DNA of 54,249 nucleotides from an uncultured Candidatus Saccharibacteria bacterium (GTDB lineage Bacteria; Patescibacteriota; Minisyncoccia; Phycocordibacterales; CAYGHQ01), in NCBI GenBank assembly GCA_964349845.1, contig CAYGHQ010000001.1, forward strand, positions 1 through 54,249, read 5' to 3'. Below, one piece after another: positions 42,368 through 51,922 of the stretch; positions within the stretch are counted from its first letter, which is position 1; the number at the start of each line of letters is the position of its first letter. Under the pieces are notes generated by a model. It was not told where the DNA came from, did not search any database, and saw only the letters and a list, made by a program, of their open reading frames with translations. The translations under genes were made by a program, and so were the position numbers.

Positions 42368-43285
42368 ATGAATTTCACCGGTCTTGTTATGATTCTTTTA
42401 GGAGGCTTATTTATAGCTTTCTACACAATCCTTACCAAAAATATCTTCAATAATGTTCCTGATTGGAAGGATAAAAGCGGGCTTTTCGTTTCCTTAACCA
42501 GCTTCATAGCTATATTAGCATTAGCTTGCCTCATACCCTTTACAGGAGGGCTTGAACTAAAAAGCGGGTGGCTTTTGCCAGCTGTTATTACGGGAATATT
42601 GAATATTTTTATTCAATACTCTATAGTCAGAGCCAAAGCGCTGGAAGAAGTTTCTTTGGTCACGCCTATTTACTCAACCACCCCCGCTGTTGTCATACTC
42701 ACAAGCATAATAATCCTTGGAGAGTACCCGACATTCTGGGGGTGGGTCGGGATATGGCTAATGGTCATAGGAACTTATCTCTTAAACATCCAGGACTTTT
42801 TTGAAAAAAAGAAATCCGGACAAGAAATTAAGCCGAAAGACTACCTAGCCCCTTTTCTCCTTCTTGGAAAGAGCAAAGGGGTCAGGTTTGCTTTTTTGGC
42901 AGCCTTTCTGGCAAGCATAAGCCTAAATTTTGACGCTCTCGCTTACAGGAGAGCAAATGTAGCCTTCGCCGGCGTAATAGTTTTTGGGATTACTGCAGTT
43001 TTCAATTTTCTTTATGCCTTAAAGAATAAAGAAATTGAAGGAGGCATTCCGAAGATTAGCTGGAAAATAGTTCTGACCAGCATAATATTTTGCGGAGCGA
43101 TTTGGTTTTCTTCGGCAGCCTTCAGATACGGAATTACTCCGTACGTCGGGACGCTGAAAAGAATCTATATCCCTCTTGTAATAGTCTTTGCCTTCATTTT
43201 CTTAAAAGAAAAAATAGGCTTCAAAAATAGATTATTCGGGGGAATACTCATCGCAATTGGAGCAACTTTGATTTCGGTCGCTTAA
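42368..43285 (+). CDS. EamA/DMT-superfamily membrane transporter
   Basis: I chose the ATG at 42368. It has about 10 hydrophobic segments in two halves, as in EamA-domain proteins. Confidence 0.55.
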   Translation: MNFTGLVMILLGGLFIAFYTILTKNIFNNVPDWKDKSGLFVSLTSFIAILALACLIPFTGGLELKSGWLLPAVITGILNIFIQYSIVRAKALEEVSLVTPIYSTTPAVVILTSIIILGEYPTFWGWVGIWLMVIGTYLLNIQDFFEKKKSGQEIKPKDYLAPFLLLGKSKGVRFAFLAAFLASISLNFDALAYRRANVAFAGVIVFGITAVFNFLYALKNKEIEGGIPKISWKIVLTSIIFCGAIWFSSAAFRYGITPYVGTLKRIYIPLVIVFAFIFLKEKIGFKNRLFGGILIAIGATLISVA

Positions 43286-43301
43286 CTTACAGGAGTTTCA
43301 A

Positions 43302-43328
43302 AAAACTCTGCCCTACGGGCAGAGTTTT
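43302..43328. terminator. Bidirectional intrinsic terminator between convergent genes
   Basis: AAAACTCTGCCC tac GGGCAGAGTTTT is A/T-flanked on both sides. Confidence 0.75.
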
Positions 43329-43332
43329 CTTT

Positions 43333-43911
43333 TTATTTCATATCAAGAGAAGTAAAATCAATTCCTTTCGCTTCCAGAATAAAGTTTGTCAGGTCTCTGA
43401 CTGCCCCTTCCCCGCCAGGCCTTTCCGATATAAAAAGCGAAATATCTTTGATTATTTTTTCCGCTTGAGAAGGAGCGGATGGAAATCCGGCTTTTTTCAT
43501 AATTTCATAATCGCCAATATCATCTCCCATGTAGGCGCATTCGTCCCAATCAATGCTATTTTCTGAAAGCCATTTTTCCACCGGCGGTATTTTATCTTTC
43601 CCTATCACCCCTTTAAAGACAGAAACTCTGTCCCATTTTCCGCTTTGTACCGAAGGAAGGGAGTTCATTTTATTTCCGATCATATCCAAAAATCCGTCTC
43701 CTCCGGCCGTCACAAAAGCCACCTTTATCCCAGCCCCCCGCAAAAGAGAAATCCCCTGCCCGTCCGCATGACTTCGAGTCCGCAAGACTTCCCCTTTTTC
43801 CGGATCAACAAAAACAGTAGCCGAAAAGAGAACTCCCAAACCATCAAACACAACCGCTTTAACATTTTTCGCTTTTTCCAATAATTTTTTATTTTTTTGC
43901 TCAATTTTCAT
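43333..43911 (-). CDS. HAD-IIIA phosphatase of the KdsC family (3-deoxy-sugar-phosphate / nonulosonate-9-phosphate phosphatase)
   Basis: 192 aa with VVFDGLGVL (DxD-type motif I variant) and YMGDDIGDYEIMKKAGFPSAP ... GGEGAVRD. Confidence 0.7.
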   Translation of the reverse strand: MKIEQKNKKLLEKAKNVKAVVFDGLGVLFSATVFVDPEKGEVLRTRSHADGQGISLLRGAGIKVAFVTAGGDGFLDMIGNKMNSLPSVQSGKWDRVSVFKGVIGKDKIPPVEKWLSENSIDWDECAYMGDDIGDYEIMKKAGFPSAPSQAEKIIKDISLFISERPGGEGAVRDLTNFILEAKGIDFTSLDMK

Positions 43912-43962
43912 TTTCTGTATTTCTCTTAACTTAAAATGGATATTAAAGAGTCAGTTTTTTAG

Positions 43963-44002
43963 AACGAAGCTAATTTGTACGATCGTACAAATTAGCTTCG
44001 TT
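43963..44002. repeat. 40-nt perfect palindrome downstream of neuA
   Basis: AACGAAGCTAATTTGTACGA is followed by its exact reverse complement. Confidence 0.95.
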
Positions 44003-44022
44003 TTGTATTTACAAGATAGATA

Positions 44023-44703
44023 CTACGATGTTTTTCCGAATTTCTTTAGTAAAGCTGTTTCCGCTTCCATCCAATCAGCCGGCTCGTCAATATCCACCGC
44101 TCCTTCCGGAAAAACATAAATGCCTATTTTTCCTCCAAGGCGGCACTTATCTTTAAGAAGTATTTCTTTTTTGGTGAGATAAAAAGCGCCGTTCTCGTGC
44201 ACCACTCCTTCAAAATCCTGCCTCATCGGCCTTTTTTTGTAATCATAATTGAGAGGAATGCCGAAAGGAGTCCAAAAGAATTTCTTATGGAGCACGCCGG
44301 TAAGGAGAGAGTCCAGTTTTTGCTCCGCGAACATTTCAATGGCTATGTCCAAATCTTCGCTAGACGTGAAAGGAGTGGTAGCTTGAATGAGATTTATAAT
44401 ATCAAAATTGGGAACTTTTTCGGCAAAATGAAGCATTACGGATTCAGTTGTGGACTTATCTCCCGCAAGCTCCATCGGGCGGTCAATAATTTTTACCCCC
44501 AAGCCCAATTCTTCCACCGCCTTTTTTATCTTCTGATCTTCGGTAGAAACATAAACCTCGTCAATATATTTAGACCGGGCAGCCGCTTTCAAAACGAAGT
44601 AGCAAAGCGGGTGTCCGGCTATCGGCTTGATGTTCTTGTAAGGAATTGACTTTGACCCCCCGCGAAGAGGTATCAGGGAGATAATTTTCTGTCCTTTTAT
44701 CAT
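44023..44703 (-). CDS. neuA: Acylneuraminate (nonulosonate) cytidylyltransferase
   Basis: 226 aa. IISLIPLRGGSKSIPYKNIKPIAGHPL is the CTP_transf_3 N-terminal signature. Confidence 0.85.
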   Translation of the reverse strand: MIKGQKIISLIPLRGGSKSIPYKNIKPIAGHPLCYFVLKAAARSKYIDEVYVSTEDQKIKKAVEELGLGVKIIDRPMELAGDKSTTESVMLHFAEKVPNFDIINLIQATTPFTSSEDLDIAIEMFAEQKLDSLLTGVLHKKFFWTPFGIPLNYDYKKRPMRQDFEGVVHENGAFYLTKKEILLKDKCRLGGKIGIYVFPEGAVDIDEPADWMEAETALLKKFGKTS

Positions 44704-44821
44704 GATACTTTAATGAATGGCTAAAATTGCTATGCTTAATCATACTTAAAAGAAAAAATAATTCAATCTTATGGTTATCTCAAAAAAATAAACAAAGAAC
44801 TGGAAATTAACAATTAGACAT

Positions 44822-44851
44822 AAAAAAAACACCCTCTAAAATAGAGGGTGT
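44822..44851 (-). terminator. Intrinsic terminator (minus strand)
   Basis: On the minus strand, ACACCCTCT atttt AGAGGGTGT is followed by T8, 6 nt after the radical SAM stop. Confidence 0.8.
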
Positions 44852-44856
44852 TTGCG

Positions 44857-46605
44857 TTAAAAGAAAGCAATCGGCGGTTTAGCCGATTTGATTTTATACA
44901 AAGAGCGCTCATAGAGCCATCTCCTTCCAAGAGATCCGGCTGTATCAAAAACTTTTCTAGAAAGATATTCTTTACCGAATTCCCCCGCAAAAGTTCTCGC
45001 CAGTTCTCCGCCAGAAGGAAAGAAACAAAAAAAGAAAGGGTTGTCAGATAATATCCGAGGAACAGTCTCGGAAGAATAATCGGCTTCTTCATAGAGGTTA
45101 TTTTCCCATCCTTCCAGTTTTTCTTTGCATCCATTTTTTTCAAGATGTCTTCGCGTTTCCTCCCCGACTCTTTTCCACGAAAGATCTTCCGGAAATAGTC
45201 CCGTAATTTTTCCAGCCAACAATTCTCCCGCGGGAATTTTGGCAAACCAGACAAAACATCTCTGCAAAACAGCCATTCTCTCCCGATAAATTTCACTTTC
45301 CACGCGAGAAAGATATTCAATCTTTCCAAGATAACAGCCGGAATCAGCAAAACAGACATCTGCCCCAAAAATTCCGCCACAAGTAACAGCTTTCATACGG
45401 CACAAGGGATTATTTTCCGATGGTAGCATATTTTTTAAAACAATTGGCTTTATTGACCGAGGCCCTCCCGCAATATGTCTTAAAATGCTTCTGTCAAAAA
45501 AAGAATCTGACAACTCATCATTGTTGCCGTTGTAGAAGCCGAAATTTGAAGCAAGATTCCCAATTTCTGTCCCAACATACGGAACTAATATTGATGTCCA
45601 TGCGATTTCCGGCTTAAGAGAAATATTCATCTTAAGTGTTTCAAGATCGGTTTCAATGTCGCTAAAAGGAACCGCAAGAATCTGTTCCGTGCGAAGAGCT
45701 AAATCTCTTTCTTTTATCCTCCGAACACCTTCAAAGATAAGATCTTCGCTCATATGACGCAAGAGAACAAACCGGCGAAGAAATTCGTTTCCGGACTCAA
45801 TAGCTACCGTAATTCCCGTACAGCCGGCCTCCTTGAAGAGGTCAAGCCGTCTTTCATCTTTCGTAAGCTCAAGGCGAATTTGGCAATGCCACGGAACTCC
45901 AACCTTTTCTTTCCATTTTTTGGCAAATTCGGAAAGCCACGAGAGGTTAAATCCGAAGATGTCGTCCTGGAAATACACTAATTGAAGAGGCCAGCGTTTT
46001 TGCAAACGCAAAACTTCTTCAACAACATCATCCACGGGCCTGACATTAAGACTGAATCCGTTATAAATTTTCTTATACAACGAATTGTAGCAGTAGCTAC
46101 AACTGAACGGGCATCCCAAAGAGCAAATAACGCTCTTAATGGGACTTTCCGCGAATTCCGGATATCTTTCGTAAACAGATTCTCTGTCCGGCATGGGGAA
46201 TCCTTCCGCCAAATGTTTCGGATCAAAACAAATTCCCTCCGGCTCCAGACCTTCAAGAATTCTCCGAAATATGCGGAAACCTTCTCCTTTGACTGCCCAG
46301 TTGGAATATCTCTGACACTCGGAAGCGAAATAAGTGACATGAGGACCTCCCATAGCTACTTTGATTCCTAGACTTTTAAGCTTGGAGCAAACTGAAAAAA
46401 TTTGAAGATGGTAGCCAGTCCAAACGGAAAAAGCCACCAAACTTGCTCCAAATTTTAGAGCTTCCTCTATCACAGGTTCAAAATTTCTCCCTTTGGCAAG
46501 ACAGACTTTAACTTCCCATCCGGCCACTTTAGCGACCGTAGCAAGACACATAATCCCCAAAGATTCTATGCTTGAGTAATGGGACGCGATAATTAAACGC
46601 TTCAT
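44857..46605 (-). CDS. Cobalamin-binding-domain radical SAM protein (second copy in the locus)
   Basis: I chose the ATG at 46605, preceded by AAGGAG (MKRLIIASHYSS...). It has an N-terminal B12-like domain and CPFSCSYC (CX3CX2C). Confidence 0.75.
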   Translation of the reverse strand: MKRLIIASHYSSIESLGIMCLATVAKVAGWEVKVCLAKGRNFEPVIEEALKFGASLVAFSVWTGYHLQIFSVCSKLKSLGIKVAMGGPHVTYFASECQRYSNWAVKGEGFRIFRRILEGLEPEGICFDPKHLAEGFPMPDRESVYERYPEFAESPIKSVICSLGCPFSCSYCYNSLYKKIYNGFSLNVRPVDDVVEEVLRLQKRWPLQLVYFQDDIFGFNLSWLSEFAKKWKEKVGVPWHCQIRLELTKDERRLDLFKEAGCTGITVAIESGNEFLRRFVLLRHMSEDLIFEGVRRIKERDLALRTEQILAVPFSDIETDLETLKMNISLKPEIAWTSILVPYVGTEIGNLASNFGFYNGNNDELSDSFFDRSILRHIAGGPRSIKPIVLKNMLPSENNPLCRMKAVTCGGIFGADVCFADSGCYLGKIEYLSRVESEIYRERMAVLQRCFVWFAKIPAGELLAGKITGLFPEDLSWKRVGEETRRHLEKNGCKEKLEGWENNLYEEADYSSETVPRILSDNPFFFCFFPSGGELARTFAGEFGKEYLSRKVFDTAGSLGRRWLYERSLYKIKSAKPPIAFF

Positions 46606-46725
46606 AACACTCCTTTCTTTATGTCCCGCAAGGCGGAACTTTTTGTAAATGTTCAAAAATCTGACAAGAACTATAGCAGAAAACAAACGATTTCTAAATT
46701 GACAACTCCGGAATAATCGCTTTCA

Positions 46726-46754
46726 TTGAAAACATAGCAAAAAGAAGGTATTAT
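46726..46754 (+). promoter_or_regulatory. Sigma70-type promoter placed for a leaderless transcript
   Basis: TTGAAA, a 17-nt spacer, then TATTAT. The ATG at 46764 is 9 nt after the -10. Confidence 0.5.
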
Positions 46755-46763
46755 AGCCTTTAA

Positions 46764-47945
46764 ATGAAAGCCTTTCTCCTTATGGCCAGAGATAAAATAC
46801 TATTGGGGTATCTTCCTTGGATTTTTTTTCTTATCTCGCCGAGACAAAAAGTTACGCCTAAAACCCTGCTCATTCTCAAATATGACGCCATCGGCGATTA
46901 TGTTTTATTCAGAAATTTTCTGGAGGCGGTTAGAAAAAGCGAAAAGTATAAAGATTGGAAAATAACTTTATGCGGAAATATCGCCTATAAAGATTTGGCG
47001 GAATGTTTAGATAAAGAATTTATTGATGATTTTATCTGGATAGAAAAAGGAAAGATCCGGAAAGATTTGAAATACACGTGGTCAATATTTCATGAGGCAT
47101 GGAAAAGAGGCTTTGAGGCGGTTTTACATCCTTCTTACGGGCGAGAAGTTATTCCTGATTTTTTAGCAAGAATTACCAATGCTCCGGAAAGAATAGGAAG
47201 CGAGAGCGACCAGGAGATACTTAACATGAAACCCCATCAAAAAGAGATTACTGATAAATACTACACAAAGCTTATCCCGAGGGGGCCGGAAATCTTTTTT
47301 GAATTTTTAAGATATCGCATTTTTTTTGAACAAGTTTTGGATCAGAAAATAGATCAGAGATTTTTCATTGACACGCAAAAAATCCGGACCAATCTTGATC
47401 TGGATAAAAATTTCGCCGTCATTTTCCCCGGAGCCAGCCACGAAAACAGAAGATGGAAACCGGAAAATTTCGCCAGGATTGCCGATTATCTCAAGGAAAA
47501 ATATAATCTGAAATCTTGCGTATGCGGAAACAGGGACGATAAAAAATATTACGAGAAGGTGGCAGAAAACTGCCTAAATTCTAAACCCGAAGACTTCACC
47601 GGAAAATCCCTTCCGGAATTCGCCAAGATACTTTCCAAAGCCAAAATAATCATAACAAACGATACGGTAGCCGCTCATATGGGCGCGGCTGTGGGGGCAA
47701 AAGTAATTTCTCTCTTAAACGGCCGTCATTTTGGCCGTTTTTCTCCATATCCTCCGGAATTAACTTCCTCTTTCAGGCCAATTTATCCCCCAAAGCTTCA
47801 AGCGGAAAATAAAAGCAATTGGGATTTTTTGAAAAAGAAATATAAAAATAAAACAGACGCCAACATCAATGACATAGCGCCGGAAACGGTTATAAAAGAG
47901 ATAGATTCTTTACTGGCCGACAAGAAACAAAACTTCTTTGCTTAA
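46764..47945 (+). CDS. Glycosyltransferase family 9 (heptosyltransferase-like)
   Basis: 393 aa. LLILKYDAIGDYVLFRNFLEAV and the later FPGASHENRRW ... ITNDTVAAHMGAAVG match GT9 blocks. Confidence 0.65.
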   Translation: MKAFLLMARDKILLGYLPWIFFLISPRQKVTPKTLLILKYDAIGDYVLFRNFLEAVRKSEKYKDWKITLCGNIAYKDLAECLDKEFIDDFIWIEKGKIRKDLKYTWSIFHEAWKRGFEAVLHPSYGREVIPDFLARITNAPERIGSESDQEILNMKPHQKEITDKYYTKLIPRGPEIFFEFLRYRIFFEQVLDQKIDQRFFIDTQKIRTNLDLDKNFAVIFPGASHENRRWKPENFARIADYLKEKYNLKSCVCGNRDDKKYYEKVAENCLNSKPEDFTGKSLPEFAKILSKAKIIITNDTVAAHMGAAVGAKVISLLNGRHFGRFSPYPPELTSSFRPIYPPKLQAENKSNWDFLKKKYKNKTDANINDIAPETVIKEIDSLLADKKQNFFA

Positions 47946-48956
47946 AACTTCCTCGGAAACTTTCTTTTCAAAAGTTTCCCTGCCTCCCTTGCCGATTCTT
48001 TGCCTGACTTCCGGATTGCCCTTCAGAAAAATAATTTTTTCGGCTATTTTTTCCGGACTCTCCGGCGGAACAAAAAGGCAATTCCCCCCGTCTTCCAAAA
48101 TTTCCCGATTGCTTAGGGAATCGCGGGTGATGTAGGGCATGCCGAGAGCCAAAGCTTCAAATGTTTTATGCTGAATGGTCCTATCCATCCTTTTATTCGC
48201 CCCGAACTGCCCGAGCATGACATGACACTCTAAAATTCTTCTTCTAAGCTCGTCTGCTGGCAAAAAATAAGTTACAAGTTCCACATTCGTAAGTTTATAT
48301 TTTTCTATAAGATTTTCTATCTTCGGAAGCTCCTGCCCCCAGCCGATTACAAGAAATTTTACGTCTTCTTTTTCCAAAATCCGCGCCGCTTCAATGACAT
48401 ATTCCGCTCCAGTCGCCGGAAGGAACATTCCACGGAAAACTGCCGTAAATTCTTCCCTATTTTTTGTGGAAGGATCGGGATGGAAAACTTCCTCATCCGC
48501 GCCGGTAAAGACGACTTTTAATTTTTTAGAGGAAATGAAAAAAAATCGGGAAATGAATTTCTTCTGTTCTTCGCTTTCAATCAAAGAAATATCAGCCAAA
48601 TGAAAAGCAAAAAAATCTAACACCCAGAAAAGCCATGCTCTCGGAGAAAATTTTGAATAAACAGCTCTGTCCAAAACATAAGTCTCATAAGACGAAGCCA
48701 GAGCGTTAAAGATAATTTTTTTGGATGATATGGCATAGGCCAAGGGAACCAAAAGAGCGCTTAAATAGCCGACCCATAAAATATCGTATTCCCCCTTTAG
48801 ATTTTTGTGTTTTTTCCAAAGGCGAAAATATTTGGACAAGCCGGAAGAAGAATCAACGCACTCCAAAATCTCTATCCCTTGCTTTTTCAAGCCGTCAAAA
48901 TAAATTTTGTCTCTGGGGGCCGTCGGATTGTAAATGCCGAAATAACAGATTTTCAT
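47910..48956 (-). CDS. Glycosyltransferase (GT-B, GT1/GT4-like)
   Basis: 348 aa. The C-terminal region is HKTFEALALGMPYITRDS. The start overlaps the upstream stop (ATGA). The 3' end overlaps the convergent GT9 gene by 36 nt. Confidence 0.65.
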   Translation of the reverse strand: MKICYFGIYNPTAPRDKIYFDGLKKQGIEILECVDSSSGLSKYFRLWKKHKNLKGEYDILWVGYLSALLVPLAYAISSKKIIFNALASSYETYVLDRAVYSKFSPRAWLFWVLDFFAFHLADISLIESEEQKKFISRFFFISSKKLKVVFTGADEEVFHPDPSTKNREEFTAVFRGMFLPATGAEYVIEAARILEKEDVKFLVIGWGQELPKIENLIEKYKLTNVELVTYFLPADELRRRILECHVMLGQFGANKRMDRTIQHKTFEALALGMPYITRDSLSNREILEDGGNCLFVPPESPEKIAEKIIFLKGNPEVRQRIGKGGRETFEKKVSEEVLSKEVLFLVGQ

Positions 48957-49696
48957 GCGTTTTTTCGGGCGAGAACAAACATCTCGTGTCCGTTTTTTAT
49001 CATATTCTTAAAAAACTTGAACTGTATTCTGTATATTAAATTCCAGAAAAAATTCGGCCTGTTGAAAAAACCGGAAACAAAGGGAATATCCCAAGCGTTT
49101 ACAGTTGAGCTTTTGCCGGTTTTTTCATTTTTATCTTCCTTCCCTATGCTCGGTTTTTTCCATTTCGTATACATTCTTCTCATAATCCAAAAAATCGGAA
49201 AAGTGAAATCAAAGCAGGAAACAGGAGAGAGTCCAGCATTAATTATTTTTTTTCGCAAATCTTCCTCTGTATATCGCCTAAAATGCCCGTAAAAGTCATC
49301 GTCCCATCTCCACTCTTTGGGATTGCTTGGCACCGCAATAAGAACATATCCCCCGGGAAGAAGAAGGGAGGATATTTTTCTTAAGACGCTTTCATCATCG
49401 GAAATATGTTCCAAAACATCCCAAAGGAGAATTGTCCGGTAAAATCCGCTTTCTTCAAAAAGAGGCTTTTTATAGACTTTTACATTAGGAAAGCCAGCCA
49501 ATGTTTTTTGAGTCCTCTCTATTGCGACACCTGAGGAATCCAAAGCTGTCCCCTGCCAGCCTTTTTCCGCCAGATATTTGCTTAAATCTCCCACTCCGCA
49601 TCCCAAGTCCAAAAATGGCGCGGATAAATTATAGTCCGCAATCACGCGGTCAAGGCAGAAAAACATATAATTTTTTAGAGGGATAAAGTTGGCCAT
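48953..49696 (-). CDS. Class I SAM-dependent methyltransferase
   Basis: I chose the internal ATG at 49696 (MANFIPLKNY...), 1 nt after the upstream TAG stop. This removes a 236-nt same-strand overlap. Motif I is FLDLGCGVGDLSKYL. Confidence 0.7.
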   Translation of the reverse strand: MANFIPLKNYMFFCLDRVIADYNLSAPFLDLGCGVGDLSKYLAEKGWQGTALDSSGVAIERTQKTLAGFPNVKVYKKPLFEESGFYRTILLWDVLEHISDDESVLRKISSLLLPGGYVLIAVPSNPKEWRWDDDFYGHFRRYTEEDLRKKIINAGLSPVSCFDFTFPIFWIMRRMYTKWKKPSIGKEDKNEKTGKSSTVNAWDIPFVSGFFNRPNFFWNLIYRIQFKFFKNMIKNGHEMFVLARKNA

Positions 49697-49697
49697 T

Positions 49698-51920
49698 CTA
49701 TTTGATAGTGTAAATATAATATCCGCTTTCCTCCGAAAAAAGCTTGTAATTTTTTTGAAGCGATTGAAAATCGCTTTCTCCGATCTTTTTGCCTGCAGGA
49801 ACAACAATAACCTCCAATTTGGCGTCTTTCGCAAAAATTTGAGGATTTGTATAGAGAGAATTAAAAACAGAAACGGGAATAACCGTTTCATCAAGGGTCT
49901 GATATCTTTTTTCGCGAGGAACAAAAATAGCAAGACTTAAAGAGTCGGCTAGGCCGATAGTTTTTTCGGGAAAGGTGTCATTAAGATAAGAACTGGCCAT
50001 GATATCTCTGTCCGAATAAAAAATATCGGCTCCGGCAAAAAGATGAACTGTTTGAACGGCAATTAAAATAAAAATAAGGGAAACTTGGAAAAAAGCCGGA
50101 TTTATTTTCCCCTTTAATCTCGGCAAATAACCAGCCGTTCTTTCCAAAATAATTTTGAAAGAAACGGGAATTAAAAAAAGTATCAAAAGTTCTCCGGCAA
50201 TGATATAGCGAAGCCAGCCGGGACTGCGGAGATAGTAGACAAAAGCTAGTATGGCAAAAATTATAACAAAGTTAAAAATCGGCTTAAGCCTCTCCTCTTT
50301 CAAGAAATAATGAGCTAATACAACAGCTAAAAATAAAATTCCAAAATAAATAAGAGTCGTGGAATGAAAAAAGTTAAGCAGGTTGGAAACCATATTTTCT
50401 TTAATGGAAACTCCATAGGGATTTTTGTAAAAATTAAAGATAGCCAGCAAAGATTCCCGCGACCAAAGGCCTTGAAAAACTAGAATAATCCAAACGACAG
50501 CCGGCGGAAACATCCCTACCGCTATTTTTAAAATTTTTTTGAAAAATCCTTTCCGCTCCAAAAGGAGAACAACTATCATAGCCGGGACAAGGATAAGATA
50601 AACGGAGGGCTTGGCGACTATGGCAAGTCCCCAAAAAATTCCCGTCCAATAAAAATATCTCTTTTCAATCCAGAAATACATCCCCGATACTAAAAACAAA
50701 AAACCCGGAATCTCCCCGACCACCGTCCGGCCGTTGTCATAAAACGAGGCGAAAGTAGCAATAAGAAACAAAGCCAGCAAAGCGTTTTTTGTTCCAAAAA
50801 ACTTCTTGCCGACAAAAAAGATTACATAGAGGCCTAAAATCATCCAAAGAAGCATATAAATTCTCGCTTCCGCGAGGCCGTATCCGAAAATCCCGAAAAA
50901 TAAAGCTAGGGGCAGAGTTACAGGATAACCGGTTGATTGGAGGACATAAGAAACGCCCGAGAAAACTCCCGGGGAAATTTCAATATCCAGCTTGCCGGAC
51001 TCATAAAAGCTTTTGGCCATTTCAATCCCCTTAGCTTCATCCACCCAGAGTTTTGGTTTGGTGGAAAGAGTCCATAAAGATACCGCCCCGACAAAAATAA
51101 GAACAACGGAAAGAAAAAAAACTGCGGAACTTCTCCTCATATTCCCGTCGCTATTATTATCTCCCGCGTCCGATTTTAAAAAAAAATTCTTTATCTTCCT
51201 GCCAAGAAATTTAAAAGACTCCCAAACAGTTAAAATTCCGTATCTCATACTGCGTCCGAAATTAATAGACGAGGCTTCTTTGAAATACCGAACCGGCACC
51301 GGAATGTCCCCCACCTTAAACCTTTTCTCCACTATTTTAAAAAGCATCTCCGTATCAAAAATAAAATCGTCTGAGAATTTAGCGAAATCCACAGACAGGA
51401 GAGCCTTCCGGCTATAAGCCCGCATTCCTGTGTGCCACTCGGAGAAATTTTGTCCAGAAACCAAGTTTTCCCAAGCGGAAAGAGCCCTGTTGGCGATATA
51501 TTTATAGGCTGGCATCCCTCCGGCCAAAGTCTCCCACCGGCTCCTGACCCGCGACCCCAACATCACATCAAAATACCCATCGCGGATAAATTCCACAAAA
51601 TATTTTATCAGCTTGGGATCATACTGATAATCCGGATGAAGCATGACCACAATATCCGCCCCTCTCTCCAAAGCAGTTTTATAGCAAGTTTTCTGATTTC
51701 CTCCATAGCCTTTATTTTTATCGTGCCGAACTACAATAAAAGGCTTAGCCAATTTTTTCCCAAGATTTCGCGCCACATCCACGGTATTGTCCCGGCTGGC
51801 ATCATCCACCAGAATTATTTCATCCACAAAATCCATAGGCACATCAGCCAGAGTTCTCTCCAGAGTAGACTCGGCATTATAAGCCGGCAGAACAACTATC
51901 ACTTTCTGTTTTTGGAGCAT
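49698..51920 (-). CDS. Fusion of a GT2 (polyprenol-phosphate glycosyltransferase-like) domain to a polytopic GT-C/ArnT-PMT-like membrane domain
   Basis: 740 aa. The N-terminal VVLPAYNAESTLERTL ... VDDASRDNT ... HPDYQYDP is GT2-like. The C-terminal ~480 aa have more than 10 hydrophobic helices. Confidence 0.7.
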   Translation of the reverse strand: MLQKQKVIVVLPAYNAESTLERTLADVPMDFVDEIILVDDASRDNTVDVARNLGKKLAKPFIVVRHDKNKGYGGNQKTCYKTALERGADIVVMLHPDYQYDPKLIKYFVEFIRDGYFDVMLGSRVRSRWETLAGGMPAYKYIANRALSAWENLVSGQNFSEWHTGMRAYSRKALLSVDFAKFSDDFIFDTEMLFKIVEKRFKVGDIPVPVRYFKEASSINFGRSMRYGILTVWESFKFLGRKIKNFFLKSDAGDNNSDGNMRRSSAVFFLSVVLIFVGAVSLWTLSTKPKLWVDEAKGIEMAKSFYESGKLDIEISPGVFSGVSYVLQSTGYPVTLPLALFFGIFGYGLAEARIYMLLWMILGLYVIFFVGKKFFGTKNALLALFLIATFASFYDNGRTVVGEIPGFLFLVSGMYFWIEKRYFYWTGIFWGLAIVAKPSVYLILVPAMIVVLLLERKGFFKKILKIAVGMFPPAVVWIILVFQGLWSRESLLAIFNFYKNPYGVSIKENMVSNLLNFFHSTTLIYFGILFLAVVLAHYFLKEERLKPIFNFVIIFAILAFVYYLRSPGWLRYIIAGELLILFLIPVSFKIILERTAGYLPRLKGKINPAFFQVSLIFILIAVQTVHLFAGADIFYSDRDIMASSYLNDTFPEKTIGLADSLSLAIFVPREKRYQTLDETVIPVSVFNSLYTNPQIFAKDAKLEVIVVPAGKKIGESDFQSLQKNYKLFSEESGYYIYTIK

Positions 51921-51922
51921 AG

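Noticed and set aside
49698-49933. An apparent 236-nt same-strand overlap between the methyltransferase ORF (48953..49933) and the GT2/GT-C fusion gene.
   Set aside because: It is resolved by using the internal ATG at 49696, 1 nt after the upstream TAG stop. The upstream extension (MLFLFLAKKDIRPL...) has no methyltransferase-like features.
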